Shown: positions 32,174 through 42,187, numbered from the stretch's first letter. The stretch: DNA of 64,000 nt from Candidatus Bathyarchaeota archaeon (GCA_963706285.1 CAVPLU010000013.1:1-64000), one strand, 5' to 3'. Program-made: numbers and translations. The notes: a model not told the origin generated them from the letters alone.

Positions 32174-33130
32174 CTACATTGGCACTTCGATAAAGAGCCT
32201 CTCAAGAAGCTCCTTGTAGCGATTTCGAATTGTCACTTCCGTGACGTTAGCGATTTCGGCAATCTCACGTTGCGTCTTACGTTCGTTCGTCAAGACCGCA
32301 GCGATATACGTTGCCGCAGCGGCAATTCCGGTGGGACCCCTGCCACTTGTCAATTTCATTCGTGTCGCTGTTTCGAGGATTCTAATCGCCATCGCCTCAG
32401 CCTTTCCCGAAATAATCAACTTGTTGCTGAAACGGGCGGCGTAATGCCGACTTGTTGATGGAGGAACAAATGTTTCGAGCTCTCGAACCATGAATCGGTA
32501 GCTTCTGCCTATGTCTTTCTTGCTAAGGCTACTTGCACTCGCAATCTCATCTAAAGTTCTCGGAACACCGCACTGGCGACAGCTCATGTAGATCGCCGCT
32601 GCGGTCACATTGTGGATTGATCTTCCTCTGATCAACCTCTTCTTTATCGCGCGTCTGTAGATGACCGAAGCAGTCTCGAGAAGGTTCTTTGGAAGGTTAA
32701 GTGAAGAAGCGAGCTTGCTCAATTCGGAGAGCGCAACAGCCAAGTTACGCTCTGTTGCGTCCGAGACGCGCACTCTTCTCTGCCACTTGCGAAGCTTGTA
32801 CATGTCGAGGCGCTCATTCGCCGTCATCTGGCGACCGCTTCCTCTGCGATCACGCCAGTCGATCACCGTTGACAGGCCTTTGTCGTGAATCGTGTACGTC
32901 AACGGAGCGCCGGTGCGTGCTCTCTTAGCTTTCTGCTCCTCGTCAAATGCACGCCATTCTGGTCTGCTGTCGGACAGTTTCTCATCAATGACGCACCCAC
33001 AGGTGACGCAGACTATTTCTGCGGCTTCGTCGTCGCGCATCAATTTCGATCCGCCGCATTCTGGGCAGACTCTGACTTTCGGTTGTGATTGTTCGGATTC
33101 GCCTAGATCTGTTTGTGTTTTTTCCACCAT
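32174..33130 (-). CDS. tfb: transcription initiation factor IIB
   Basis: CPECG Zn ribbon, PEWRAF, HDKGLST, RTLDEIA, TEVTIRNRYKEL. Confidence 0.97.
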   Translation of the reverse strand: MVEKTQTDLGESEQSQPKVRVCPECGGSKLMRDDEAAEIVCVTCGCVIDEKLSDSRPEWRAFDEEQKAKRARTGAPLTYTIHDKGLSTVIDWRDRRGSGRQMTANERLDMYKLRKWQRRVRVSDATERNLAVALSELSKLASSLNLPKNLLETASVIYRRAIKKRLIRGRSIHNVTAAAIYMSCRQCGVPRTLDEIASASSLSKKDIGRSYRFMVRELETFVPPSTSRHYAARFSNKLIISGKAEAMAIRILETATRMKLTSGRGPTGIAAAATYIAAVLTNERKTQREIAEIANVTEVTIRNRYKELLERLFIEVPM

Positions 33131-33143
33131 CTCTCCACCATTA

Positions 33144-33377
33144 TCAGTCTTCAAGCGCATATACTGTTCGTCCGACGACCGATTCTGGCTTCGTGATCGT
33201 TGGCCTCACGGAGACGTAGGGACCTGTAACCGGTCCCAAAATGTCCATCACGACACCAACGCTCTTCAACTTGCTATCACAGGCTCTTATGCCTGCTCTG
33301 ACAAACTTCGGAGCATCAAGCTTCACGATGAGGGCATGGCTCTTTGACACATGAAGGACCTTGCCCAGTTTCCTCAA
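33144..33377 (-). CDS. gar1: H/ACA RNP component Gar1
   Basis: LGKVLH...VGVVMDILGPVTGPYVSV; conserved position upstream of tfb. Confidence 0.85.
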   Translation of the reverse strand: MRKLGKVLHVSKSHALIVKLDAPKFVRAGIRACDSKLKSVGVVMDILGPVTGPYVSVRPTITKPESVVGRTVYALED

Positions 33378-33790
33378 ATCTTCGCCGTCACTTCCGCGAA
33401 GGCACGTCTGCAACGACGTTACATCTTATATAAACGTCTCGTCTCGCTTGAAATCAACAACACCCACACCTTGTTAATGTTTTTTCCATTGTCTGAAACG
33501 GGAATTCTGCACAACGCTCATCGAAGCAAGGCCAACAACGAACCCGCATAAGTCTTCGCCGATAGCACATTATGATAGCGAGCCTCAGCGATCAGTCATG
33601 AAGAACGATTCGCCAGGATCTGAATCATAGATGAGGAATTCTATGCGGACCCCCTCAATGTGCAATTGAAATGTCTTCAGACCCGCCCTTTCTGGGACTG
33701 AGCCACGTGTCGTGTCCGATGAGCTTGATGGAACCCCGAAACTTTTTACCGAACTGAAGGGTTCGCTACCCGACCCGGAAGATCCCATGG

Positions 33791-35767
33791 ATGATCAAAG
33801 GCATAGCTCTGGCGAATTTCATGTCGTACGAAAACGCGTACGTCCCCCTAGAGTCAGGGCTGAACTTGATTTGCGGACCTAATGGAGCAGGAAAATCCTC
33901 TATACTCCTTGCAATATCAGTAGTGCTGGGTCAAACCTACACGGAACGTGCTCGCCGGCTAAGCGATTTGATAAGATGGCACGCCGACGAGGCACGGATC
34001 ACCCTTCAGCTCGACAATCGCCCTAGAGAAGGAGGCAAACCATTTTCTCAGTACCATGTCGACACGGTCAGCGTAACACGAATCCTGAGGCGAAACGGCA
34101 GCTATCAGTACCTAGTTCAGGGCCATCCAGTGACGAAAAATGAAGTCACGAGCGCCCTTACACGTTATGGGTTGAACCCCGACAACATCCTCGTCATCAT
34201 GCACCAGATGATGGTTGGCAGGTTTGCTACCATCTCTCCGATAGAGAAGCTCAAGATGCTTGAAGAGGCAGTTGGATTCCAATCCTACCGATCTAACGTC
34301 CTCGAGGCACAGGAACGTCTGACGAAGGTTGCAGGAGAAGAAGAGTCTCTTGCTCAAGTGTTGGAGTCCACAAAGGAGACCCACGAGTACTGGCGAAGAG
34401 AACACGAACGATTCCTCATGAAGAAGACATTGGACAGCAAACTAGGTGAACTGAAGAGAGAGATGGCTTGGGCGCGAATTCAGAAGCGAGAGGAAGCGCT
34501 GCTCCGTATCCAAGATAAGATAGAGTCGCGTACCAGAATGATTGCAAACGCTGACCAGAAGCTCCTCGAGGCAGATGAATCTCTCAAGCGGCGCCAAGAG
34601 AGATATGACAAGCATCTGAAAGATAGATTCGAGCTGTATGAGAAGTATCTTGAACTAGTTCGTCACGACGCCACCGCGGCATCTACTCTACAATGGCTGC
34701 AGAGATTCTCAGAAGAGACTCGGAAACGTCTCCTCCAGGCCGCGAATGACCAGAACACTGACCAGTCAGACGTGCAGATTGATCGCCCCGGTCAAGCCAT
34801 AGGGATACCACCTGCAATGATGGAGTGGCTCGATGACTTGGGTCGAATCCAAAGCGATACAAAAGAGGAGCTCGGTCGGACTCGTGAAAGGCTTCAATCA
34901 GAGGAGACCGCACTTCATGACATTGACGTGCGTGTTGAGGTTGAACTTGCTCGGCTGATAGACGCGAAGGTCGATACTCAAGTTCTTGGCTTCAAGAAGA
35001 AACTTCTCAACGAAGATCTTGCAGACCTCGAAACCCAACGAAGGATGCTGAAGGAAGAGATCGAGCCGCTTCAATCAAATGCTGGACAGATGGGTTCACG
35101 ATTCGAGAATCCTAGAAAGATCACTGACATAATGATGGATATCGGTGCTGCTGAGGAACAGCTTCGACCGCTTGCTCATCTCTCCGAGGACGTGGAGAAG
35201 ATGTACAGCTCGTACGCCACTATGTACGAGGACCTCCGCGGGAAAACGGAACAGCTAACGCGTAATAGGCAGGAGGTCATCGCAGAGGTCGAGAAACGAC
35301 TTGAACGATGGAGAAACGTCGTATCGACATTCCTCGATTCCCTTGAAACCCGCTATAATGAGATACTCCAAGAAGTCGGAGCGACTGGCGAACTGAAGCT
35401 CAGCGTCGGAAAGAAAGTAGACCAAGCGGGACTTGACATCATGGTAGGATTCAAGGGTGCGCCACCCACTCGACTCGACTCCTTAACCCAAAGCGGAGGC
35501 GAGAGAAGCATCGCACTCATGGCTTTCCTGCTCGGATTGCAGCAGCATATTGCCTCTCCCTTTAGGGCCATTGACGAGTTTGACGTTCACCTAGATCCGA
35601 AGAATAGAGAGGTCATCTCCAAACTCATTGTCGCTAGCGCAAGCGAGTTGGGAGAAACACAATACCTCGCCATAACTCCTGGACAGGTGAATGTTACTGA
35701 CACCAATGTTCACGTGGTCGTGATTCAGAACATCGAAGGGAGTTCCATTGTCTCGCAGGTGAAGTAG
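33791..35767 (+). CDS. short SMC-like ATPase of SMC5/6 (coalescin-like) type
   Basis: NFMSY, Walker A GPNGAGKSS, coiled coils, QSGGERS signature, PFRAIDEFDVHLD Walker B/D-loop. Confidence 0.88.
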   Translation: MIKGIALANFMSYENAYVPLESGLNLICGPNGAGKSSILLAISVVLGQTYTERARRLSDLIRWHADEARITLQLDNRPREGGKPFSQYHVDTVSVTRILRRNGSYQYLVQGHPVTKNEVTSALTRYGLNPDNILVIMHQMMVGRFATISPIEKLKMLEEAVGFQSYRSNVLEAQERLTKVAGEEESLAQVLESTKETHEYWRREHERFLMKKTLDSKLGELKREMAWARIQKREEALLRIQDKIESRTRMIANADQKLLEADESLKRRQERYDKHLKDRFELYEKYLELVRHDATAASTLQWLQRFSEETRKRLLQAANDQNTDQSDVQIDRPGQAIGIPPAMMEWLDDLGRIQSDTKEELGRTRERLQSEETALHDIDVRVEVELARLIDAKVDTQVLGFKKKLLNEDLADLETQRRMLKEEIEPLQSNAGQMGSRFENPRKITDIMMDIGAAEEQLRPLAHLSEDVEKMYSSYATMYEDLRGKTEQLTRNRQEVIAEVEKRLERWRNVVSTFLDSLETRYNEILQEVGATGELKLSVGKKVDQAGLDIMVGFKGAPPTRLDSLTQSGGERSIALMAFLLGLQQHIASPFRAIDEFDVHLDPKNREVISKLIVASASELGETQYLAITPGQVNVTDTNVHVVVIQNIEGSSIVSQVK

Positions 35768-35803
35768 ACGACATCCTCCGACCAGAAATCGGAACGAGTC
35801 AGA

Positions 35804-36604
35804 TTGCCATCCGGAAGAAAGGATCTTCGTGAACTGATCCAGACATGTGAAGCCATTAGAGAGCGAAAGTTCAACCCGTTCTTCTTGGACGTTGGCCTGG
35901 CAGTTGACACACTCCGCAAGTATTTTCCATTCTGGGACTCTCTAGATGATAACTGCTTAGATGCCGAGACGATCAGGGATTTGGCGGAGGTCCTTGGCCT
36001 TCAGAAGAGTCAGCTCCGATATCAGTCGAGCGCACTCTACACGAGTCCTGAGATGTTGGAGAAGAAGTTACGTTCGCTGTCCACTAAGCGGCTGGGCGAG
36101 ATCTTTCTGAAATCTTGGCATCCGATCGTAGAGAGAGAGCAGCTTACACTCGACGCCATTCGTGAAGGGCTGTTCTACTGGAATCAGCTACTCTCTTATG
36201 AGGAGAGACGGAAGAGACTCGCCCTAGGAAGAGCAATTCCGCCGAAAACGGCCGACACTGACTCGCTTGTCAAGTCCGGTATTCTGACCCGTGAGGAATT
36301 CGCGAGAAACCTCCGAGGGTTATGGGAAGAACTTCGTGCACAGACTAACGACATTAGCCCTATTGATTACTGGTCGTTCGTTCGACGCGACACGTACCAA
36401 GAAACCGTTCACCGAGCATACTATGTGAGTTTTCTTCTAACCTATGGCTTCGCCCGAATGCTACGGGACACCAAGGAAATCAAGCTAATGTCTGTTGCTA
36501 CGCCAACTGAGAGGACTGCCGCTGGATTGGTGAGTTTCCCTATTGCAATATCCAAGGGAGAGAACATTCAGGCATCATCAAGATCGCTCCGTGGAAATGG
36601 GTGA
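35804..36604 (+). CDS. putative kleisin (ScpA/Nse4-like)
   Basis: Between the SMC and KITE genes; N-terminal NPFFLDV helical region and C-terminal wHTH-like RAYYVSFLLTYGF. Confidence 0.55.
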   Translation: MPSGRKDLRELIQTCEAIRERKFNPFFLDVGLAVDTLRKYFPFWDSLDDNCLDAETIRDLAEVLGLQKSQLRYQSSALYTSPEMLEKKLRSLSTKRLGEIFLKSWHPIVEREQLTLDAIREGLFYWNQLLSYEERRKRLALGRAIPPKTADTDSLVKSGILTREEFARNLRGLWEELRAQTNDISPIDYWSFVRRDTYQETVHRAYYVSFLLTYGFARMLRDTKEIKLMSVATPTERTAAGLVSFPIAISKGENIQASSRSLRGNG

Positions 36605-36610
36605 GGTACA

Positions 36611-37192
36611 ATGGAACAAACCGGCGATGAAAAGCGCTTCTACAGTGACAAGTTGAAGCACGCAATTCACCTTTTGCTGTTCAAACGAGGTAAGATGCCA
36701 GGAGCTAAGGAATGGGAATTGAAAGCCAGCATTGGCAAGAACTACAAAGAAGTTCTCAAGCAGGTCGATGCTCTTTTGGCTGAGCTTGATCTCGAAGTCA
36801 AGCGCGTCGAGCCTGAACACTCACAGACGCGGCAACTGGGGGAAACCACGCTTGCAGAGTATGAGGAGGACGCCCGATACTTAGTCACTCTGAGAGGAAC
36901 ACTCACGCCCAAAGAAGCGCGGCTCTCTGGATGGCGAATCGACAACCTCGCTGCATTAACCGTCGCAATCGCGTATGTCGTGACCAAACAGGGCAAGGCT
37001 CCGCGCGAAGAGGTGGAGAAGCTCATTGCAGAGAAGGCTGGAAGATGGAAGACGCTTACGCTTCTTGACGCCTTCATTCGAAACGGGTATTTGAAGGAGG
37101 ATGAAGTGGGATCTTTGTCCCTCGGTTGGCGCACAAATTCTGAAGTGAACCTTAGAGACCTAATGACCTTCCTTGCGGAAACGGGGCGCTAG
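36611..37192 (+). CDS. KITE-family tandem winged-helix protein (MAGE/Nse3-like)
   Basis: LLLFK..PGAKEWEL...IGKNYKEVL, APREEVEKLI and FIRNGYL...LGWRTNSE...FLAE align by eye to MAGE-domain motifs. Confidence 0.65.
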   Translation: MEQTGDEKRFYSDKLKHAIHLLLFKRGKMPGAKEWELKASIGKNYKEVLKQVDALLAELDLEVKRVEPEHSQTRQLGETTLAEYEEDARYLVTLRGTLTPKEARLSGWRIDNLAALTVAIAYVVTKQGKAPREEVEKLIAEKAGRWKTLTLLDAFIRNGYLKEDEVGSLSLGWRTNSEVNLRDLMTFLAETGR

Positions 37193-38307
37193 GACTTTTT
37201 TTCAGATTCAAGCGATTTCTTAAGTTCGCTGACGAACATGTTTGCATACTTCTTCGTCTTTATCAGCCGACCGTACTGGTGTTTGCGTATGCTCTCGGAG
37301 GTTTTCTTCAGTTCATCTTGCTGTGCGTAGTGATCGTGGACTTTACTGCGACTCAGGACCGTGAGGACTTTCCCAACATAGAACCCATCGAGGTCCTGGC
37401 CTTTGCACATGGGGCACGTGCAGGTGAGCTTTTTGCCATGAAGCCCGGTCCATTCTTTTCGCTTGAAAACGCCCCAACCTGACTTGTCGAAGACGTTGAT
37501 CTTGTCCTTTGTGAGAGGAACTGGTGGCGGAGGCACTACCCACCTTGAGTAGCTGTCCACTCCGAAGTACGGCATAAGCATGCCCTGAGAGCTCGAAAGC
37601 ATGTGTCGTGCAAACCTGATCTTTGGAGGAATCTGGAAAGCGTGAATCCAAGCATCTGGGTTCTTCTTCTTGATCTTCTCTACGGCTCTGAGAGTGTAGT
37701 AGTGGAAGCCGCCCCTCATGTCCACTCCCAGCAGACGAACCTTACTCTTGATTGCTGGCGCAGAGAAGAGCTCAAACTCCCGTTGAGTCTCCGTTGCTCG
37801 AATTACTGGCATTATCGGCTTGTCGATCCCCCTCTGATCCATCCATCTCCGTGCAAACTTCAGTAGCGAAGCGAAATCCTCCGGGCTCATGCTAGAGGTC
37901 TGCTGGACCGTAATGACGTCCACATCTGCAAAGTATTGGAGGTCGAGCAATGTCCTCAGATCTTCTGCTTCAGTATAGGATGCTTCCCCTTTGAAGACGA
38001 GAAATAGCAGTCTGGCGACATCCTCGAATCCTCCTGCCTCGCGCGATAACCGGCGTGCGAAGTTCCGCAGAGAATCATCTTCTTTCAGGAGTTTATTTAG
38101 CGAGTCCGGATACATGAGCTTGGCAGAGACGACGACATCTCCGGGAAGCGTATCTTTTGCGCCTACTACGCGTGTCGCGTTCAGCTCAGTTGTTGTGGCA
38201 AACTTGTTGGGCAGTGCAGCCGAGACTTTGCCGATTCGTAAGATTCCAGCGTTGGCTGAAGTCTCTTCGTCTCTCGCTTGATCTTGAATGGATATCTCAA
38301 CCATCAA
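37189..38307 (-). CDS. tRNA-guanine transglycosylase-fold protein
   Basis: TIM-barrel-like size, WIHAF, GVDSYS, CTCPMC...H Zn site typical of the TGT fold. Confidence 0.55.
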   Translation of the reverse strand: MMVEISIQDQARDEETSANAGILRIGKVSAALPNKFATTTELNATRVVGAKDTLPGDVVVSAKLMYPDSLNKLLKEDDSLRNFARRLSREAGGFEDVARLLFLVFKGEASYTEAEDLRTLLDLQYFADVDVITVQQTSSMSPEDFASLLKFARRWMDQRGIDKPIMPVIRATETQREFELFSAPAIKSKVRLLGVDMRGGFHYYTLRAVEKIKKKNPDAWIHAFQIPPKIRFARHMLSSSQGMLMPYFGVDSYSRWVVPPPPVPLTKDKINVFDKSGWGVFKRKEWTGLHGKKLTCTCPMCKGQDLDGFYVGKVLTVLSRSKVHDHYAQQDELKKTSESIRKHQYGRLIKTKKYANMFVSELKKSLESEKKS

Positions 38308-38608
38308 AGTTCACCTGCCGGCTATGTCCCATGTTTGAGTCAACTGGAGCTTAAGTAGGCTCTCCTTCCTTCTCGGAGCACCAAATGGATTCCAAGTTCT
38401 TACTTGCCTGTTGTTTTCACCGGAGTAACTGTGGAATCTCAACGTGCGGGCGATGACTAGTCATTTGTTGCCTGGAAACGACACTATCCTTCCCTCCAAT
38501 ATCGTCACGTCAGGCAACTTTCTGAGGATTCTCGTCCGAGTCGTGGGCTCTTGAAACGCTTATCTATGCGCATAGAGCTACGAGCAAAACCTCTCACTAC
38601 TTCAACTG

Positions 38609-38983
38609 GTGGAATTGATGAGCGAAGGAAACGAACTTACGCCTCAAGTTCAAGAAGAGCTGGTCAGGCTACAACAACTACAACAGACACTTCAGGCCGT
38701 GGCCTCCCAGAAGCAACAGCTAGAGATGGACATGTCAGAGACTGACAGAGCCCTAGCCGAACTTGAGAAAATCACCGGCGAAACCCCCGTGTACAAGAGC
38801 GTCGGGAACATCCTGATCAAAGCACACAAAGATGAATTGCTGACGGAGCTGAAGGAGAAGAAGGAACTGCTCAACACACGAGTAACCGTGCTAGGAAGAC
38901 AGGAAGAACGAACCCGCGAAAGACTCAAGGACATGCAGGAGAAACTGCAAGAGAAGCTACGAGCTCCCAAGTCTTCGCAATAG
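38609..38983 (+). CDS. pfdB: prefoldin subunit beta
   Basis: QLQQTLQ...ALAELE...VYKSVGNILIK coiled-coil/hairpin. Confidence 0.95.
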   Translation: MELMSEGNELTPQVQEELVRLQQLQQTLQAVASQKQQLEMDMSETDRALAELEKITGETPVYKSVGNILIKAHKDELLTELKEKKELLNTRVTVLGRQEERTRERLKDMQEKLQEKLRAPKSSQ

Positions 38984-39025
38984 TTTCTAAGCAACCATAA
39001 TCTCTCTTCCTAAGCGGGATCAAGC

Positions 39026-39328
39026 GTGGATATTGAACTCCGCAGAGCTCCTACTGACGAAGAGTTGGAGCTGATCTGCGCTGCGGCGGAAGAGACTGCT
39101 CGGAAATTCATATTGTCAAAAATCTCCCTGCAGAAAATGGAAGACTTGAATCTCTCAGTAGAAGCTCTCGGTGACAAGCCACTTTCCCTCACCGTTGAGG
39201 TTGGTGTAGAGACCGATTCTGAAGACCCCGAGCTTCGCACAATCATTGACAGCGCCGCAGATGCAGCACTTGCAGCTGCAGAGGCAAAAGTCCGGGAGCT
39301 GAACCTGTGCGAGGCTTCAAACAACTAA
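39026..39328 (+). CDS. DUF3194-like protein
   Basis: Acidic 100-aa ORF (ICAAAEETARKFILSKI) in its usual position after pfdB. Confidence 0.7.
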   Translation: MDIELRRAPTDEELELICAAAEETARKFILSKISLQKMEDLNLSVEALGDKPLSLTVEVGVETDSEDPELRTIIDSAADAALAAAEAKVRELNLCEASNN

Positions 39329-40311
39329 CGAAAACGGCCAAGGCCTCCAGGAAGATCCTGATAGTCGGCCATCAGAATGCCGACCCTGACGCCGTGTGCT
39401 CAGCATACCTCCTGTCCAGAGCACTAAAGCACATCAACAGACGACTCGAAATAACCGTCGTATCCCCCGATGGCGTAAGCAAGGTTTCTGCCCGAGTCTT
39501 AACGCAGCTATCCTTCGAAGTGGCAGATACCGCAAATCCGGATGATTTTGACGCCATCTTCACAGTTGACACGAACACGCTGCAACAACTGGGCAGTCTC
39601 CAGCAGCCTATCGAGAAGTTCGGTAAACCGCTCATTGTGATCGACCACCATGCTATTCACCCCGAGACAAGGACTCGTGCCGATGTCCTCATAGCAGATG
39701 ATGAAGCCACTTCTGCATGCGAGGTGGTGCTTGAAATATGCAAAGCGGCGAAGCTCCGACTGACGAAAAAGGACGCCCTCGCTGCCTTCCTCGGTCTCGC
39801 ATACGAGACGGGCCACTTCGCGATCGCAACAACAAGATCTCTGAAGCTGGCTTGCAGGCTTCTCGACCTTGGCGTCGATGGAACAGAGGCGCTGAAGATC
39901 ATTCGCGTTCCTATGGACAATTCGGAGCGAATTGCTCGATTGAAATGTGCTCGGCGCATGAATTGGGAGAGTATCGGCGGATGGCTCGTTGCATCTACCG
40001 TCGTAGGTTCATTTCACGCGTCCGTCGCACGCTCATTAATCGGTTTGGGCGCACATTTCGCCATCGTCGGTGGAGAAAAGAAGGATAGATTAACACTCAG
40101 TTTCCGTTCTACTGGCGAGTTCTTTGCCGGAACGAACTTCCACCTTGGCCGTGACCTTGCGACGATTCTAGGCGAAACAAACAACGGAGCTGGCGGAGGT
40201 CATTCCACAGCTGCTGGCGCAACGGTCCAAGGAAACTTGGATGAAGTGATCAAGAAATCTGTTGAACTATTCAGAACCTATCTCGAGAGAGGCAAGTCAC
40301 TGGTCGAATGA
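39307..40311 (+). CDS. DHH family phosphoesterase (NrnA-like)
   Basis: HQNADPDA, VDT, IDHH and GGGHSTAAG motifs. Confidence 0.9.
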   Translation: MRGFKQLTKTAKASRKILIVGHQNADPDAVCSAYLLSRALKHINRRLEITVVSPDGVSKVSARVLTQLSFEVADTANPDDFDAIFTVDTNTLQQLGSLQQPIEKFGKPLIVIDHHAIHPETRTRADVLIADDEATSACEVVLEICKAAKLRLTKKDALAAFLGLAYETGHFAIATTRSLKLACRLLDLGVDGTEALKIIRVPMDNSERIARLKCARRMNWESIGGWLVASTVVGSFHASVARSLIGLGAHFAIVGGEKKDRLTLSFRSTGEFFAGTNFHLGRDLATILGETNNGAGGGHSTAAGATVQGNLDEVIKKSVELFRTYLERGKSLVE

Positions 40312-40431
40312 AAACCAATACGTGCGACTTGCGCCATAAGGCCGTGCGCACTTACTCTTCTTACTTGACGGGTCTAATTGCACCTATTCTGGCGTTTGTT
40401 TTCGAGTCATGTCGGCGCGGGATCCCATATC

Positions 40432-40638
40432 CTATGGGTCACCTGACAACTTCGCCACAAAAGGCATAGGAAAGCGACCGTTATCGTTTCTACTGAAGGT
40501 TCGACCGCACATCTTGCATTGGTTACGTTGTATCTTGTGCATTCTAGGTCGGGATGCTAGATAGTATCCGATTTTGATGGTTCTGCGTGACCTACAGTGA
40601 GGACATTTCGGGTTCAGTTTCAGTTTCTTAGCTTTCAT
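40432..40638 (-). CDS. small Zn-ribbon protein (InsA-like pattern)
   Basis: CPHCRSRRTIKIG...QRNQCKMCGRTF. Confidence 0.5.
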   Translation of the reverse strand: MKAKKLKLNPKCPHCRSRRTIKIGYYLASRPRMHKIQRNQCKMCGRTFSRNDNGRFPMPFVAKLSGDP

Positions 40639-40950
40639 TCATCCACAAACCTTGTTCTCGCGGTGCGAATATGTCGTTGTCGGCACATAGTTTTGGGTTA
40701 CGTATTTGTTTTTCTCGTGTGTTACCTGACGACGCTGCCGCAGACTAGACTGAGGAAGCTGCTTTCATGCTCGCCCTTGAATCGAACAGCAGCTCAAGCC
40801 AAGGATGATGACAATTGATAGGCTGGCAAAGCAAGTCACGTGAGCCAGTACTATTCGACTTCAAGAAAAGCAGATAATGGTCGTGCAGATGGCAGTTCAA
40901 GCGTAGCTGCCAAAGTGTTTTATGGGGCTGAAGCGATTCCATAAGTTGAT

Positions 40951-41223
40951 GTGATATTGAGTTTTCTTCGTAGATCGAAAGTGATTCGAGTTGAGGCTCT
41001 TTCCTTGAAGCCGGGTCCGACGCAGAGTGGAGTTCCTGCTCACCCTCCGCCCGCCCAGCCGCCGGTGGGTGGGGAAATGTTTGCAGTGGATAAGCTCTCA
41101 GTGTTCATGTCCAACTACTGGTTGGCCGTCATCCTACTGTTGCTACTGCCGCTTGCTGTACTATTCTACAAGAAACGCGAGTTGGCGTTGAGGCTGTTCA
41201 AGCCTCTTCTACTCCGACTCTGA
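40951..41223 (+). CDS. small membrane protein consisting mainly of a PVGG-type C-terminal anchor
   Basis: Pro-rich linker, PVGGEMFAVDKL, TM helix, KKR. Confidence 0.55.
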   Translation: MILSFLRRSKVIRVEALSLKPGPTQSGVPAHPPPAQPPVGGEMFAVDKLSVFMSNYWLAVILLLLLPLAVLFYKKRELALRLFKPLLLRL

Positions 41224-41479
41224 TAGACGCTAGTATCGTATCCATTTCACATCTGGGCATCTTAGCTGGTCAAGCATCAAGCTCTCACGTCACGCAGGCA
41301 TCCCAAATACCCTAAGAACCCTCTAGAACAGCCTCCAAAAACGCGGGTTTGTTCTACTGGGGCACTGGTATTACTGATTTTGACAGGGTGGCTGGTCTGG
41401 TATTGCAAGCCTAGGGGTGTAGGTGGCTGCTTATGGGTTCTGCTAGGTATAACCTGCCCTGTTGTGAGACCATGATGCC

Positions 41480-41677
41480 GTGAAAATGCGTAATGGCTTT
41501 AAGACAAAGGAAGCTGTCGTGGGTCAGCGGAGATCGTCATTGTCATCTGCTTCTAGGACCTGTATTAATTGTAAGAGAGAAAACTCAGCCCAGAATAAGT
41601 ATTGTGACAAGTGTGGTTCGCCTCTGCAAATGGCGGGACAATGCGGGTGCGGATGCCACTCCGGCTCCTGTTGCTAA
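41480..41677 (+). CDS. small Zn-ribbon protein with Cys/His-rich tail
   Basis: CINC...NKYCDKCGSPL then CGCGCHSGSCC. Confidence 0.5.
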   Translation: MKMRNGFKTKEAVVGQRRSSLSSASRTCINCKRENSAQNKYCDKCGSPLQMAGQCGCGCHSGSCC

Positions 41678-41876
41678 AGTTTCTTTGACGGGCAAAGGGG
41701 TAGGCCCCCTCAGGAAAGCTGGGCTTTGCGTTCTTTCTTCTTCTCGCGTGCTTTCGCCACCTTTCTATCTCTGCTAGCCGTCCACGCTTTCTTAGCTCCC
41801 CTACTTCTGCTTGGCATACATTGGTCACCTCTCAGATACAACATAGCACTAACACTCCAATAAGCAACTTTCGACA

Positions 41877-42187
41877 ATGCGAGCCTGGGCTTCGAGTGAT
41901 AATAGTGGATCGCAGGTGCCTACCGTAGGTATCCTGTTGATGAGTGGGGTGGTATCCGTTAGATGCTACAACGATTTCTCCACAAGTGGTGCATCGGGCG
42001 ATCATTTCGCGTCTGCAGCGTTGGCACCATCTGTCGGTGCTCCCGTCGCGGCTTCCTTGATCCTGTGAACAACCTCACAGTCTTCACAGGTTGCCTTACC
42101 TTGTTCGGAACAGTCGCAGCCGTCGCGATCGTAGTCTGGAAAGAGACCAAACTGAGAACTGACAGATCTCCTATCACACAGGGGTAG
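41877..42187 (+). pseudogene. degenerate or frameshifted surface-protein remnant with PVGG-like anchor
   Basis: Joining frames gives APVA(G)FLDPVNNLTVFTGCLTLFGTVAAVAIVVWK. Confidence 0.4.

Noticed and set aside
33590-33770. Possible C/D box sRNA (ATGAAGA...CTGA) upstream of the SMC gene
   Set aside because: Boxes C' and D are not properly placed and no terminal stem was seen.
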